Assembly: GCA_963737155.1 (NCBI GenBank)
Contig: CAVTRN010000001.1
Location: 448,001 to 512,000 of the forward strand
Direction: 5' to 3'
From: Nitrospirota bacterium
GTDB lineage: Bacteria; Nitrospirota; UBA9217
DNA: 64,000 nt
Part shown: positions 41,725 to 53,252 of the stretch, piece after piece
Layout of the letters: every line of letters begins with the position of its first letter
How positions within the stretch are numbered: position 1 is the stretch's first letter
Notes under the pieces: model-generated
Database searches by the model: none
Seen by the model: the letters and a program-made list of their open reading frames with translations, nothing else
Told to the model about the DNA's origin: nothing
Translations under genes and position numbers: made by a program

Positions 41725-42483
41725 TTTCCCTGTCCTAGCTGCTAAAATTCAGTTATCTAACAATGGTTTTATTTATAATGCTGGGCAACTGGTGAATACG
41801 CATGATGCGTTTTGGGCCGCAGGTGTAAAAAAAAGCGATGCCGATCAGGCACACGAATTTGGGATTGCGCAAAAAAGCTAAATTAAGGGGAATACAGGAA
41901 GTGCGGTTGTCAGCCGGCCGGGCACAAAGAAGCGGAACTCGATACCTATGGAGGAGAAAATGCCAGAAGAGCCTACTTCGCAACGGCACTTTCTCATCAG
42001 CTGCAAAATTCACAGACCCGTCGCTCAAAAACGGTATAACTGCTGACGGGGCGAATGCACGAGCCTCGTGAAAAAAGAAAAGGAACCCAGAGCACTCGGC
42101 TTATCCCATACTCATCTCGGCACGGCGAATTCCCTCGAAAAAATTCAGAAAAAAGAGGGCACTCTGGAGCGATCGGGAGCACATGCGGCATCGTATCATT
42201 AAGTTTAAATGCGACGCTTCTATTCGGAAACAAAATGGCTTCCCTTGATTTCGAAAACCGTAGGACAGATGCGGGTAAGGCGCTTATGCAGCCCTTTATC
42301 TCCGAGGTTTTTTATTTCCCTGGTTCAGACAAGGCGGGACAAGAAAAGGCTATTATCGCAGCGGCCGCAGAGAGAGCCGCAATAAGAAAGTAAGATCATT
42401 TAAACTTACCTCCCGTCTCTCTGAGATCCCGGAAACATCATGGCTATCTTCCTCCGCAAGGGAAAAAATTGATGCTTCAGCAA

Positions 42484-43710
42484 CTAATCCGCCTGCCGCC
42501 TGAGGAACGTGGGCCGGTCTAGGTCTTCGTTGTCGATGCCGAGGGCTTCGTTCTTGAAGTCGAAGGCTTCCTGCTTTCGCTTTGGCGTTTCCCCGACCTT
42601 CATGAACTCCTTGAGGTTCGTCGGTCGCTTCACGCGCTCCCGGATCCCCGCTTCGTCGAATCCCGTTGCGATCACTGTGACCATCACCTCTTCGCTCATG
42701 ACCGGGTTAATCACGGCCCCGAAGATGATGTTCGCGCCTGGATCAACCTCTTGCTTGATGATCGCTGTCGCCTCGTTCAACTCGTAGATACCCAAATCGT
42801 TTCCGCCGGTGACGTTGATCAGTACGCCGCGGGCGCCTTTAATGGAGCCGTCCTCGAGCAGCGGGCTTGCAATTGCCTTCTGCGCCGCATCGATAGCCCG
42901 GCTCTCGCCCCGTCCGATCCCTGTACCCATGACCGCCCTACCGCGGCTCGCCATGACGGTTTTAACATCGGCAAAGTCGACGTTCACATATCCAGGAACC
43001 ATGACCACATCGGAAATTCCTTTCACGGCCTGTCCAAGCACACCGTCGGCAAGCTTGAAGGAATCGAGAAGCGTCGTCTTTTTTTCCGCAAGGTTCAAAA
43101 GCCGCTCATTGGGAATCACGATGAGGGCGTCGACGCTCTTCTTCAGCTCATTGATACCTTCTTCGGCCTTATGCATCCGCGCCATCCCCTCGAAGCTGAA
43201 GGGCTTGGTAACAACGCCCACTGCAAGGGCGCCCACTTCCCGCGCAAGGCTCGCAATGATTGGTGCGGCACCCGTGCCTGTGCCGCCGCCCATGCCTGCC
43301 GTGATGAAGACCATGTCGGCCCCTGCAATCGCGGCTTTGATCTTCTCGGCATCCTCGAGCGCCGCGTTTCGTCCGATCTCGGGATTCGCTCCCGCACCCC
43401 GGCCGCAGGTAAGCTTGGAGCCGATCTGGAGTTTAACCGGTGCCCGTGCGAGCTCGAGGGCCTGCATGTCGGTGTTTACAACTATGAACTGCACCCCTTT
43501 TATGTCCGATTGAAACATGGTGCTTACCGCATTGGTGCCGCCACCACCTACGCCTATCACCTTGATGACGGCGGGCAGTCTATCTTCCTCGAACTGAAAC
43601 ATCCCGTGTGCCCCCCTCTCCTCGCCCGATTCCGTTTTGTTTTCCGCATCATGCGTCTTGGCAACGAACTCCATGATATCCTGAAACTCGAAATTGAGCC
43701 TATCGTCCAT
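42484..43710 (-). CDS. ftsZ: Cell division protein FtsZ
   Basis: GVGGGG, GMGGGTGTG, NVDFAD, C-terminal DRPTFLRR; alternative start 43602. Confidence 0.97.
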   Translation of the reverse strand: MDDRLNFEFQDIMEFVAKTHDAENKTESGEERGAHGMFQFEEDRLPAVIKVIGVGGGGTNAVSTMFQSDIKGVQFIVVNTDMQALELARAPVKLQIGSKLTCGRGAGANPEIGRNAALEDAEKIKAAIAGADMVFITAGMGGGTGTGAAPIIASLAREVGALAVGVVTKPFSFEGMARMHKAEEGINELKKSVDALIVIPNERLLNLAEKKTTLLDSFKLADGVLGQAVKGISDVVMVPGYVNVDFADVKTVMASRGRAVMGTGIGRGESRAIDAAQKAIASPLLEDGSIKGARGVLINVTGGNDLGIYELNEATAIIKQEVDPGANIIFGAVINPVMSEEVMVTVIATGFDEAGIRERVKRPTNLKEFMKVGETPKRKQEAFDFKNEALGIDNEDLDRPTFLRRQAD

Positions 43711-43745
43711 ATCACCTCCGGTCCGGGAAACCCGTACAGTTTATT

Positions 43746-43871
43746 GAGTCTAAAGATTCCATGGGGTCTGCAGACTCCAAAGGTTCGAAGATTCGCAAGA
43801 TTTCCTGAACTCCACAGACATTTATAATCTCTTAAGACTCTTCCGACGTTTAAGACTCGTTATACTCTAAA
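43746..43871. repeat. Degenerate inverted 9-nt periodic array (ftsA/ftsZ junction)
   Basis: gagtctaaa gattccatg gggtctgca ... gactcttcc gacgtttaa gactcgtta tactctaaa. Confidence 0.65.
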
Positions 43872-45090
43872 TGTATTCTCCCAGCCATTTCCAGAAACGG
43901 CTTGCCGAACCCCCGCTCCTAAATTTGCGCGGCAATTCCTGCCGATTCTCGGCCCCATAGATCACGAGGCCCACGCCTGTGGCATAGATGGGGCTGTTCA
44001 CGACATCCATTAGGCCGCCAATGTTTCGCGGCGAGCCCTTCCTTATCGGCAGCCCGAGATACCGCTCGGCGGCGTCCTGGACACCCTCCATGAGGGCCGT
44101 TCCCCCGGTGAGCACCACGCCGGACGCAAACATATCTTCGAAGCCCGTTTTCTTGAGACGCTGCTGCACCATACCGAAAAGCTCCTCGACACGTGGTTCG
44201 ATGATCTCGCACAGTATCTGGCGGGAGAGAAGCCGCGGCGGTCTGCCGCCGACGCTCGGAACGTCTAGGGTCTCTTCGTGCTTTACGAGAGACGAAAGGG
44301 CGCAACCGTATTTAATCTTGATCTTTTCAGCCTCCGAAGCAGGAGTGCGCAATCCGATCGCGATATCGTTCGTCAGGTGGTTGCCTCCGATGGGCAGCAC
44401 TTCGGTGTGCCACATACTGCCTTCAAGAAAAAAAGCCAGATCCGTCGTACCGCCACCTATATCGACGACCACAACGCCGAGATTCTGCTCTTCGTCGGTA
44501 AGCACAGCTCTGCTCGATGCCAGCGGCTGGAGCACGAAGTCGCTCACATGCAAACCAGCGCGCGAGCAGCTCTTGACGATGTTTTGGATGGCAGTAACAG
44601 CGCCGGTAATGATGTGGACTTTCACATCAAGCCGTATTCCCGACATCCCGAGGGGGTCCTTGATGCCGTCCTGGTCATCAATGATGAATTCCTGGGGCAA
44701 AACATGGAGAATCTGCTGGTCCGACGGGAAGTTCACCGCTCTCGCTCCATCGATTGCACGAGCCACATCAGCCGGCCCCACCTCCCTGTTTTTGATCGCA
44801 GCCACTCCGCGGGAGTTAATGCCTCTGATGTGACCGCCGGAAATCCCTACGAACACCGAGTTTATCTCGACGCCCGCCATGAGCTCCGCCTCCTGGACTG
44901 CTTTCTTGATCGATTCCACCGTGCTGTCAATGTTGACGACGACGCCTTTTTTCAAGCCATGGGAGGGACTGATCCCGATCCCGATGATGTCTACCTGTCC
45001 GCCGTCCTTTACCTGGCCCACAATGGCGCAAACTTTGGTCGTTCCGAGATCAAGACCGATGAGCACATTATCCGGCTTTTTTTTCGCCAC
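43867..45090 (-). CDS. ftsA: Cell division protein FtsA
   Basis: GLDLGTTK, DIGGGTTD, VLTGG, C-terminal amphipathic WKWLGEYI. Confidence 0.97.
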   Translation of the reverse strand: MAKKKPDNVLIGLDLGTTKVCAIVGQVKDGGQVDIIGIGISPSHGLKKGVVVNIDSTVESIKKAVQEAELMAGVEINSVFVGISGGHIRGINSRGVAAIKNREVGPADVARAIDGARAVNFPSDQQILHVLPQEFIIDDQDGIKDPLGMSGIRLDVKVHIITGAVTAIQNIVKSCSRAGLHVSDFVLQPLASSRAVLTDEEQNLGVVVVDIGGGTTDLAFFLEGSMWHTEVLPIGGNHLTNDIAIGLRTPASEAEKIKIKYGCALSSLVKHEETLDVPSVGGRPPRLLSRQILCEIIEPRVEELFGMVQQRLKKTGFEDMFASGVVLTGGTALMEGVQDAAERYLGLPIRKGSPRNIGGLMDVVNSPIYATGVGLVIYGAENRQELPRKFRSGGSASRFWKWLGEYI

Positions 45091-45111
45091 GGCACACCCC
45101 CGAATAAGACA

Positions 45112-45190
45112 AGTTCAGAGTATAAGAGCTCAAAGTACAAGGAAGCTGCAGCATTACCGTCTCTTCATTTTGTACTCTGAACTATTTACT
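45112..45190. repeat. Inverted 7-nt periodic array (ftsQ/ftsA junction)
   Basis: agttcag agtataag agctcaa agtacaa ... ttgtact ctgaact atttact; perfect 11-bp IR AGTTCAGAGTA/TACTCTGAACT. Confidence 0.7.
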
Positions 45191-46040
45191 GCGTTTTTTT
45201 CACCATCACTGCCACCTGCCGCTCGGGGCGCAGGTCCACATAAGCGATGTCCACGCCACGCTGATTCACATCCGCCATGACTTCGGCCAGTCTGCGAAGC
45301 TTTTCGCCATAGCGACCGCTGCCGATTTTGAATTGACAGCCACCATAGAGCACCGTTAGCGTCTCGGGAGAATCGGCGTTCACCGTCACATTGGGTAATT
45401 GCCAGCCGCCCCGGGTCGAAATCTCGGCGATAAGCTCCATTGCCTCGGGCAAACCTTCGGCAGTCACCTCTTCACCGGGACGGGCGCGATAGCCCCTGAT
45501 CGCGATAACCGGAAGCGGCCATGCCGTAGCCTGCTCCTTTGGAAGTTGTTCTATGACGACACCCTCACCATCCAGCAGATAGTGTACCGCGCCCGTATCC
45601 AGAATGGCGACGGGGGTTCGCTCGGTAAAGACCATGGTTATCCGGTTCGGCAGCCGCCGGTAAATCCGGGCTTCCTTGACCCAAGGGTTTCCTTCGGCGC
45701 GTTTTACCGCGGCCGAAAGGTTTACACGGAAAATGTTCTGCCCCGTAAAGACGCCGACGATGTCCTTGAGATCCTGATCGCTCAGCTGCTTTACTCCCTT
45801 GATATCAACGCCGGATATGACGAAAAAATCGGCATGCATGATGGCCCGGTAAGCCTGCCACGCCAGGACCCCTCCTACGGCAAGCATAAGAACAATCATC
45901 ACGTTCAGGAGGATGTTCGTGAATTCGGCCGTGCTTTTTCGTGGCCAGGCGGCCCGGTCCGTCCGAACCCGCTTCAGGACTGTCCTCTTTGTCTCTCCGC
46001 TGTACGATCTCGGGACCTTTATGTTCTTGTAGTCTCTCAT
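45186..46040 (-). CDS. ftsQ: Cell division protein FtsQ/DivIB
   Basis: TM, POTRA (PWVKEARIYRRLP), YVDLR; operon position. Confidence 0.9.
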   Translation of the reverse strand: MRDYKNIKVPRSYSGETKRTVLKRVRTDRAAWPRKSTAEFTNILLNVMIVLMLAVGGVLAWQAYRAIMHADFFVISGVDIKGVKQLSDQDLKDIVGVFTGQNIFRVNLSAAVKRAEGNPWVKEARIYRRLPNRITMVFTERTPVAILDTGAVHYLLDGEGVVIEQLPKEQATAWPLPVIAIRGYRARPGEEVTAEGLPEAMELIAEISTRGGWQLPNVTVNADSPETLTVLYGGCQFKIGSGRYGEKLRRLAEVMADVNQRGVDIAYVDLRPERQVAVMVKKTQ

Positions 46041-46121
46041 GCGATTTCAGATTCCAGACCTTTGAGGGCGAATTGAGAAATCACAAATTCCCTCCAATCC
46101 GCAACCCCAAACCGGCAATCA

Positions 46122-47042
46122 TTATTTACCTTCAACAGCCAGGCGCAAGATTTCCTCGACAAGGTCGGGGAAGGAAATCCCCGATCCTTTTGCTATTTCC
46201 GGCAGCAGACTCGTCGCCGTCATGCCAGGAAGTGTGTTTACTTCGAGGACAGATGGCGCGCCGCTGTCGTCAACAATGAAATCGACCCTGCTGTACCCCC
46301 GGCACCCGATGGCCCGGTGCGCGACAAGGCCCGCTTCGAGCGTTCTCGCATACGTGCCTTCCGGAATCCGCGCCGGGAAGAAATGGTCGGACATGCCCTG
46401 CTCATATTTTGCAGCGTAATCGTAGAAGGCGCGCTTCGGCACGATTTCGATGGCGCCTAGTGCACGTTCACCGAGAATGCCAACCTGTACTTCCTTGCCT
46501 TTGATGAATTTTTCGATCAGGATCTCATCGCCGTATTTGAAAGCGAGGTCTAATGCGGGCGCTATGTCCTCTTTTTTAAAAACCAAGCTCACTCCCACGC
46601 TCGAGCCCTCTGCATGGGGCTTGACCACAACGGGATATTTGATCTTCTCAAGGACAGAGGCTACCCTGCCGGCATCGCCCGAATAAACGACCTCGTAAGG
46701 TCCTACAAGAAGGCCCTGGGATCGGAATACCTGCTTCGAAACGGTCTTATTCATACCAAGAGCGCTCGCGAGAATCCCTGAACCCGTATAGGGAATACCC
46801 ATCACTTCAAGCATGCCCTGAATCGCGCCGTCTTCTCCGAACCGGCCATGAAGAGCGAGAAAAGCCAGTTCGATACCATGCTTGTGGATTTGCTCCGCTG
46901 CGTCCCTCCCCACGTCGACAACAACAGGATGATATCCTTTACCCTTTAGCGCGTTCAGGATCGCTTTACCGCTCGCGAGCGAGACTTCCCGCTCTGACGA
47001 CAGTCCACCCATGAGAACGCCGATTTTTTTATTCGTCACCAT
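46122..47042 (-). CDS. ddl: D-alanine--D-alanine ligase
   Basis: GGLSSEREVS, LHGRFGEDG, GSSVG, EVNTLPG. Confidence 0.96.
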   Translation of the reverse strand: MVTNKKIGVLMGGLSSEREVSLASGKAILNALKGKGYHPVVVDVGRDAAEQIHKHGIELAFLALHGRFGEDGAIQGMLEVMGIPYTGSGILASALGMNKTVSKQVFRSQGLLVGPYEVVYSGDAGRVASVLEKIKYPVVVKPHAEGSSVGVSLVFKKEDIAPALDLAFKYGDEILIEKFIKGKEVQVGILGERALGAIEIVPKRAFYDYAAKYEQGMSDHFFPARIPEGTYARTLEAGLVAHRAIGCRGYSRVDFIVDDSGAPSVLEVNTLPGMTATSLLPEIAKGSGISFPDLVEEILRLAVEGK

Positions 47043-47065
47043 GCCCGGATCCTTATCTGTCCAGA

Positions 47066-47149
47066 GGGTCTTTTGAGTTCATTGAGTCTGAAGAGCGCCA
47101 CTATCAACTCGTAAGACACATGGAACTCGTTGACTCTCGAAACCCACTA
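47066..47149. repeat. Degenerate inverted 9-nt periodic array (murB/ddl junction)
   Basis: gggtctttt gagttcatt gagtctgaa ... aactcgtaa gacacatgg aactcgtt gactctcga aacccacta. Confidence 0.7.
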
Positions 47150-48055
47150 ATCTTCTCCGATAATTTTAATCTCCGGCTCAAGTCGTATGCCATGGACCTC
47201 GAGCACGGTCTTAATCACCATTTCCATAAGCGCCAGCACTTGGGCAGCGGTAGCTTTGCCTCTGTTCACGATGAAGTTTGTATGCTTTTCCGATACCTGG
47301 GCGTCACCAACAGACTTCCCCTTGAGCCCAGCTGAATCAATAAGTTTTCCCGCCGATTCCTCCTGCGGATTTTTGAACATTGAGCCCGCGCTCGGCAGTC
47401 CCAGGGGCTGCTGCTTATGTCTCTTATCCAGAAGCCCTTTGACCCGCGCCTGGATCCTGCCTTTATCCTCGTGGCGAAGAACGATCCGCGCTTCAGTCAC
47501 GAGATGCCCTTCCGGTATCAAGGAGGTACGATAGCCGAATCCCATCTCCTCACTTCCGCGGGAAATGAGTTCCCCCTCGGGTGACAGCATGATCACCGAT
47601 TCTACAACATCGCCGATTTCTCCAGAGGCGGTTCCGGCATTCATGCAAATCGCCCCCCCGACCGTGCCCGGAATGCCTGTGGCGAACTCCATCCCCGCGA
47701 GGCCCGCTTCTACGGCAAATGAGAGAAGCTTCGCCAGGGAAGCTCCCGCTTCCACACGAACCACGGCGAAGGCCCCTCCGATTGACCGGTATTCCCTTTC
47801 AATTCTGATAGTGTTCATTCGCTGCAGGCTTACTGCCGCGCCGCGGAAACCGCCGTCCCGCACCAGCAGGTTCGTGCCGCCGCCGAGGATAAAGTAGTTA
47901 ATTCCCTGCCTTCTGATTTCTTTAAGCACCGTGATGAGATCATCCCCGTCCGCAGGGTACACCAGTATATCGGCAGGCCCTCCGATGCCGAAGGAGGTGT
48001 GCCTGCTCAATGGTTCGTTCCGCTTGAGTTCGCCTCGCAGGTTATTAATTTCCAC
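47147..48055 (-). CDS. murB: UDP-N-acetylmuramate dehydrogenase
   Basis: [34 protein letters not shown]. Confidence 0.96.
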   Translation of the reverse strand: MEINNLRGELKRNEPLSRHTSFGIGGPADILVYPADGDDLITVLKEIRRQGINYFILGGGTNLLVRDGGFRGAAVSLQRMNTIRIEREYRSIGGAFAVVRVEAGASLAKLLSFAVEAGLAGMEFATGIPGTVGGAICMNAGTASGEIGDVVESVIMLSPEGELISRGSEEMGFGYRTSLIPEGHLVTEARIVLRHEDKGRIQARVKGLLDKRHKQQPLGLPSAGSMFKNPQEESAGKLIDSAGLKGKSVGDAQVSEKHTNFIVNRGKATAAQVLALMEMVIKTVLEVHGIRLEPEIKIIGED

Positions 48056-49421
48056 GCTTCAGTTTCTCCACAATGTGCTCGCCGATTTTCCAGACGTCGC
48101 CCGCGCCGAGGGTGATCATCAGATCGCCCTTCTTCAGCACGCCGACCATATAGTCCGCGATTTTTTCCTTGTCAGGAAGGTAGGTCACGTCCTTGTGACC
48201 GTGCTTCTTGATTCCTTCATAGAGCACCTCTCCCGACACGCCTGGGATCGGCTTCTCCCCTGCCGCATAAATATCCATGACGATCAGCTTGTCCGCCTGG
48301 TTGAAGGCGGTGAAGAATTCCTCGAGCAGATGTCGAGTCCTCGTATACCGGTGCGGCTGGAACACAACCACGACCCTTCGCTCCATGCCCGACGCGGCTG
48401 CCGCGAGAGTGGCTTTCACTTCGGTAGGATGATGGCCGTAATCATCGACCACGATGATGCCCTTCGCCTCACCCTTGACCTGAAACCGGCGCTGGACGCC
48501 GCTGAATTCCCTGAGCGCCTTCCTGATGACCTCGAAGTCAATCTCCAATTCGCGGGCAACGGCAATTGCCGCGAGACTGTTGTTGATATTATGGACGCCG
48601 GGCACCGCAAGCTCGAACAAGCCGACGTCCTGATTATGATGAAGCACCCTGAATGTCGATCCCAGCGAACGGAGCGATATATCGCGAGCCTGGTAATCGG
48701 CCTGAGTGCTCATGCCGTAAGTCTGATACCGCTTCTGGATCGAGGGAATAAGCTCCTGGATGTGCGGCTGGTCCAGACAAAGGATCGCGACTCCATAAAA
48801 AGGGACCTTGTTGATAAAGGCGAGAAAGGCGTCCTTGATCTCGTCGATGTCCTTATAATAGTCCAGGTGCTCGGCATCGATCGTCGTAACAACGGCAATT
48901 GTGGGCGAGAGCTTGAGAAAGCTTCCGTCGCTCTCATCCGCCTCGGCAACGAGAAACTCGCCCTGCCCGAGCTTCGCGTTCGTGCCTAGGCTGTTCAACT
49001 TTCCCCCGATCACGACGGTGGGATCGATGCCGCCCGCAGCGAGCACCGTGGAAACCATCGAGGTCGTCGTGGTCTTGCCATGGGCGCCCGCGATGGCGAC
49101 GCCGTACTTGAGTCGCATGAGTTCAGCAAGCATTTCTGCCCGTGGTATCACAGGAACCTGCTTCTCCCGTGCGGCCACCACTTCCACGTTGTCTCTCTTA
49201 ACAGCAGAGGAAATAACGACCACGTGGGGCGTCGTTATGTTTTCGCCGCGGTGCCCTATGTATATCTCTCCCCCGAGTGTCCTAAGCCGCTCCGTAATGT
49301 CCGACTCCTTCAAATCGGAGCCCGAAACCCGGTACCCCAGGTTCAGAAGCACTTCGGCGATGCCACTCATGCCGATTCCTCCAATGCCGACAAAATGAAT
49401 ATGTTTAATCCGCTTGAACAT
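48045..49421 (-). CDS. murC: UDP-N-acetylmuramate--L-alanine ligase
   Basis: [33 protein letters not shown]. Confidence 0.97.
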   Translation of the reverse strand: MFKRIKHIHFVGIGGIGMSGIAEVLLNLGYRVSGSDLKESDITERLRTLGGEIYIGHRGENITTPHVVVISSAVKRDNVEVVAAREKQVPVIPRAEMLAELMRLKYGVAIAGAHGKTTTTSMVSTVLAAGGIDPTVVIGGKLNSLGTNAKLGQGEFLVAEADESDGSFLKLSPTIAVVTTIDAEHLDYYKDIDEIKDAFLAFINKVPFYGVAILCLDQPHIQELIPSIQKRYQTYGMSTQADYQARDISLRSLGSTFRVLHHNQDVGLFELAVPGVHNINNSLAAIAVARELEIDFEVIRKALREFSGVQRRFQVKGEAKGIIVVDDYGHHPTEVKATLAAAASGMERRVVVVFQPHRYTRTRHLLEEFFTAFNQADKLIVMDIYAAGEKPIPGVSGEVLYEGIKKHGHKDVTYLPDKEKIADYMVGVLKKGDLMITLGAGDVWKIGEHIVEKLKRGN

Positions 49422-50487
49422 AGTTTCGACAAATCCTCGCAATTTTCTCCGCCGCCTGGTTATCCATCCGTGGGACCAGAGACGAACCGACGTCGGGGTC
49501 GGCATGTTTTTTTATCATCTCCGCAAGCTTTTCCGCGGTCAGATCCTTCTGAACAATAATGACCGCGGCGCCGCGATCAACCAGTGCCCTCGCGTTATGC
49601 TCCTGGTGATTGTCTGCTGCATAAGGAAACGGGATGAGCAACGCTCTCTTGCCGCAAACCGCAAGTTCCGCCACCGTAGTCGCCCCGGAACGGGAGACCA
49701 CGAGGTCGGCGACGGCATACGCCCCCGCCATGTCATGAATGTACGGAAGCACCACCGCCTTCACGCCTGATTCCCGGTAACCCGCGGATACGTCGGCCAC
49801 ATCTTTCTCGCCGGTCTGGTGCAGAATCTGCAGCAACCTCATGTCCCGCAAGTACGCGGCTGCCTGTTTCATTGCCATGTTGATGGCATGAGCCCCGCCG
49901 CTGCCTCCCATGACAAACACCGTGAATTTCCCCGGGTCGAGACCGAAGTCGGCAAGCGCCTTGCTTCGGTCCCCATCTTCGATTTCTTTCCTGACCAGCG
50001 GTCCCATCAGCTCTGTCCTCCCTGGCGGGAAAAACCGTTGTGCGGCCGTTCCCGGAAAGGAGAGAACAATTTTGTTCGCCAGTTTTCCGAGCTTTCTGTT
50101 TGCGAGCCCGGCATAAGAGTTCGGTTCCACGATGACAAGTGGTATTCGGAGACCCAGCGCCGCGAGCGCGACAGGCCCCGATGAGTAACCACCCACGCCG
50201 ATCACGACATCAGGTCGGATTTCAAAAAGTAACGTCAGCGCCTGTACCAGGCTCCGCGGCAGCGTAATCACCGTCCTGAGAATCGCCGAGAACATCATGC
50301 CCTTCAATTTCCCGACCGCAATGAAACGGACGGGAAGGCCTTCCCGAGGAAGGACTTTCGCCTCAATCCCCTGCTTGGTGCCGATGAATATCACTTCATC
50401 GCCGGGCTCCCTCAGCACTTCTCGCGCTATGGCGATCCCCGGGTACAAATGGCCGCCTGTTCCGCCTCCCGCGATGACGACCTTCAT
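49405..50487 (-). CDS. murG: MurG glycosyltransferase
   Basis: [28 protein letters not shown]. Confidence 0.96.
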   Translation of the reverse strand: MKVVIAGGGTGGHLYPGIAIAREVLREPGDEVIFIGTKQGIEAKVLPREGLPVRFIAVGKLKGMMFSAILRTVITLPRSLVQALTLLFEIRPDVVIGVGGYSSGPVALAALGLRIPLVIVEPNSYAGLANRKLGKLANKIVLSFPGTAAQRFFPPGRTELMGPLVRKEIEDGDRSKALADFGLDPGKFTVFVMGGSGGAHAINMAMKQAAAYLRDMRLLQILHQTGEKDVADVSAGYRESGVKAVVLPYIHDMAGAYAVADLVVSRSGATTVAELAVCGKRALLIPFPYAADNHQEHNARALVDRGAAVIIVQKDLTAEKLAEMIKKHADPDVGSSLVPRMDNQAAEKIARICRNYVQAD

Positions 50488-50601
50488 CTTCTGCAGCCCG
50501 GCAAGCTTGCATTGCCGCGGAGACAGGAATCGTAGGAAACCGCTGAAATTTGATTTTGCATTTCTCAACGACCTTGGTGCTCTTCACCATAATATTTCAT
50601 C

Positions 50602-51714
50602 TCAAGCGGTATCCTTTGAGATATTCAAAAGCACTCCCAGCGCTCCGAGAGTGATCACCAGAGAAGAGCCACCATAGCTCACGAGCGGAAGCGCGATCCC
50701 CTTCGTGGGCAGAAGACCGGTCACCACCGCCATGTTAATCGCGCCCTGTAAACAGATCAGGAGCGTCGTTCCCAGGGCCAGGAACCTGCTGAACGGGTCT
50801 CCCGATGCCAGCGAAATTTTCACGCCCCTCCACAGAATGATGAGAAAGAGCGCTATCACTACCAGCGCCCCGATTAGGCCGAGCTCCTCGCCGATCACGG
50901 CATAAATAAAATCGGAATGCCGCTCCGGCAGGAACAGTAGCTTTTGGCGTCCCTCGCCAAGACCACGGCCGAATACGCCTCCGCTGCCAAAGGCAATAAA
51001 TGACTGAATGATCTGGTAACCAGCCCCACCCTGATCTTCCCAAGGATTCAGGAATGCCGTAATCCTTCGCCAGCGATAGGCCTTATGAACAACGGCGACG
51101 ACGACGAACGGAAGTGCCGCAAGAACCGTTCCGCCGAGGTGGAGTACATTTGCTCCCCCGGCGAAAAGCATGATGCCAGCCACGCCAGCGATCGTAATGG
51201 CCGAACCGAAGTCAGGTTGGAGCGCTGCGAGAACCAGAAACAACGCCGTAATCACATAGGCCGGAACCAGACCGTGCTTAAAGTCCCGGATGCGGTCGCC
51301 TTTTTTGGCCATGAAGTAGCTCAGGTACACGACGAGCGTAAACTTGGCGAGTTCCGACGGCTGAAAGGACAGCATGCCGAGCCGGAGCCAGCGCCGGGAC
51401 CCATTGATCATCCGGCCGATGCCGGGAACGAGTGTTGCCCCGAAGAGCATCAATGAAACCACGAGAAGAATGAGCGCCACGCGCTGCTTTGATAAATGAC
51501 AGTGGTCAACACGCATCGTAATTGCCATCAGTCCAAGACCCAAAAGGGTCCACATCAACTGACGTTTCATGAAGAATTGCGTGTCGTTGTACTCTGTAAG
51601 TGCAACAACGCTACTGGCGCTGTAAACCATCACCACGCTGATCACAAGCAGCGTGAAAATAGCGAACAGCAGCAACCCGTCGTATGATCCTCTATGATTT
51701 ATAACGTTCTGCAT
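50602..51714 (-). CDS. ftsW: Peptidoglycan polymerase FtsW
   Basis: Multi-TM; RWL, FQPSELAK, QPDFG, LPERHSDFI, SYGGSS; start approximate. Confidence 0.94.
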   Translation of the reverse strand: MQNVINHRGSYDGLLLFAIFTLLVISVVMVYSASSVVALTEYNDTQFFMKRQLMWTLLGLGLMAITMRVDHCHLSKQRVALILLVVSLMLFGATLVPGIGRMINGSRRWLRLGMLSFQPSELAKFTLVVYLSYFMAKKGDRIRDFKHGLVPAYVITALFLVLAALQPDFGSAITIAGVAGIMLFAGGANVLHLGGTVLAALPFVVVAVVHKAYRWRRITAFLNPWEDQGGAGYQIIQSFIAFGSGGVFGRGLGEGRQKLLFLPERHSDFIYAVIGEELGLIGALVVIALFLIILWRGVKISLASGDPFSRFLALGTTLLICLQGAINMAVVTGLLPTKGIALPLVSYGGSSLVITLGALGVLLNISKDTA

Positions 51715-51723
51715 ATCATAAAT

Positions 51724-51817
51724 GGGTCTATGGAGTTCATTGAGTAAAGAGAACAAAAAATGCTGCCGTTGTTTACTTCTTGACTTTATGGACTCTTAAG
51801 ACTCTACAGACTCTTTA
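51724..51817. repeat. Degenerate inverted 9-nt periodic array (murD/ftsW junction)
   Basis: gggtctatg gagttcatt gagtaaaga ... gactttatg gactcttaa gactctaca gactcttta. Confidence 0.72.
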
Positions 51818-53141
51818 CCGCTTCCTTAAACTGCCTTCCCCTGTCTTCAAAATCCTTAAACATATCAAAGCTTGCACAGGCCGGGGACAGAAGAACTACG
51901 TCTCCCCGTGTAGCTCTGGTCGAAGCGAGAATCACCGCATCCTGCAGCGTTTTGGCGAATACCGTCTCTGTCGAGGTGCCGAGGACTTTTTCCATCTTAT
52001 CCGCTGCTTTCCCGATAAGGATGAGGAGTTTCACTTTCTTCCTGAACAAATCATACAGGGGGCTGAAGTTGCTCCCCTTATCCAAGCCTCCGGCAATCAG
52101 GATCACCGGCCGCGTAAAACCCTCGACAGACTTTACTACAGCACCAACATTCGTGCCCTTGGAATCATTGATATAGGCGACTCCGTGCTTTTCCCTCACA
52201 AACTCCAGCCGGTGTTCCAGACCGGGAAATTCTCTCAGCACCTCGGCAACCGATGGAATATCGGTGCCTGCGCAGATTGCCAGGGCCGCGGCAGCCAAGG
52301 CATTTTCAAGATTGTGTACCCCTTTGATTTTAATTTCATCAGTGCGAATGATCCGTTTATTGTTGAATACGAGGTATCCATCCAAAATACAGGCACCAGG
52401 ATTGAATCGAAGCAAACGGGAGAAAGGAACCACCGTTGCCGCGGTGCGCTGTGCATAAGATTTTACGAGAGAATCGTCAAAATTTAGGACCAGAAAATCC
52501 TCCTTGCGCTGGTTCATGAAAATCCGCGCTTTGGCCTCGCCATATTCATCGATGTCATGATACCGGTCAAGATGGTCCTGAGTAACATTTAGAATTGCCG
52601 CAACGCGGGGCCGGAACGAATCGATATCCTCCAGCTGGAAGCTCGACAACTCCGCAACGATCCAATCCTGATGTTTCAGCAGCGAGATATCCTCGGTGAG
52701 TGCGTTCCCGATATTTCCCGCCACGAGCACCTTCTTCTTCGCACGCGCCAGCATGAGCCCTACCAACGTCGTGACCGTGGATTTTCCGTTCGTTCCGGTA
52801 ATCCCGACAAAAGGTGCATCGGAAAGCAGCCAAGCAAGTTCGAGCTCGCTGATCACCTTCACGCCGCGCTGCCGGGCCGCAAGGATCTGCGGGATTTTCG
52901 GAACGCCGGGGCTGAGCACGATCAGATCGGCCTGGGAAAACACGCGCTCCGGGTGGCCACCCGCTTCAACGATGACGCTGCTCCTGCCAATGGCCCTTAT
53001 CTGCACGGTTAATTGATCGAGCGGCTTCTCGTCCGTCACCGCCACGACGGCACCGAGAGAATCGAGGGCACGCGCCGCAGCGACCCCGCTTCTGGCCAAT
53101 CCAACCACGGTCACTCGTTTGTCTTTAAAATCTATTTGCAC
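51804..53141 (-). CDS. murD: MurD ligase
   Basis: GLARSG, GTNGKST, ELSSFQL, NDSKGTN, SPACASFD. Confidence 0.96.
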   Translation of the reverse strand: MQIDFKDKRVTVVGLARSGVAAARALDSLGAVVAVTDEKPLDQLTVQIRAIGRSSVIVEAGGHPERVFSQADLIVLSPGVPKIPQILAARQRGVKVISELELAWLLSDAPFVGITGTNGKSTVTTLVGLMLARAKKKVLVAGNIGNALTEDISLLKHQDWIVAELSSFQLEDIDSFRPRVAAILNVTQDHLDRYHDIDEYGEAKARIFMNQRKEDFLVLNFDDSLVKSYAQRTAATVVPFSRLLRFNPGACILDGYLVFNNKRIIRTDEIKIKGVHNLENALAAAALAICAGTDIPSVAEVLREFPGLEHRLEFVREKHGVAYINDSKGTNVGAVVKSVEGFTRPVILIAGGLDKGSNFSPLYDLFRKKVKLLILIGKAADKMEKVLGTSTETVFAKTLQDAVILASTRATRGDVVLLSPACASFDMFKDFEDRGRQFKEAVKSL

Positions 53142-53252
53142 CAGTCCCCCGGAAACTCGAACCGCGCTACTCGCCGAACATGCTTAATTGGGATCCTTCT
53201 TGTAAGAGCCGGAATTCGCTTCGCTCCATGCCCGCGGTGACGAAACCTCTTC

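Noticed and set aside
41725-42483. 760-bp gap between trmJ and ftsZ with short ORFs
   Set aside because: No recognisable protein, repeat or RNA motif by eye.
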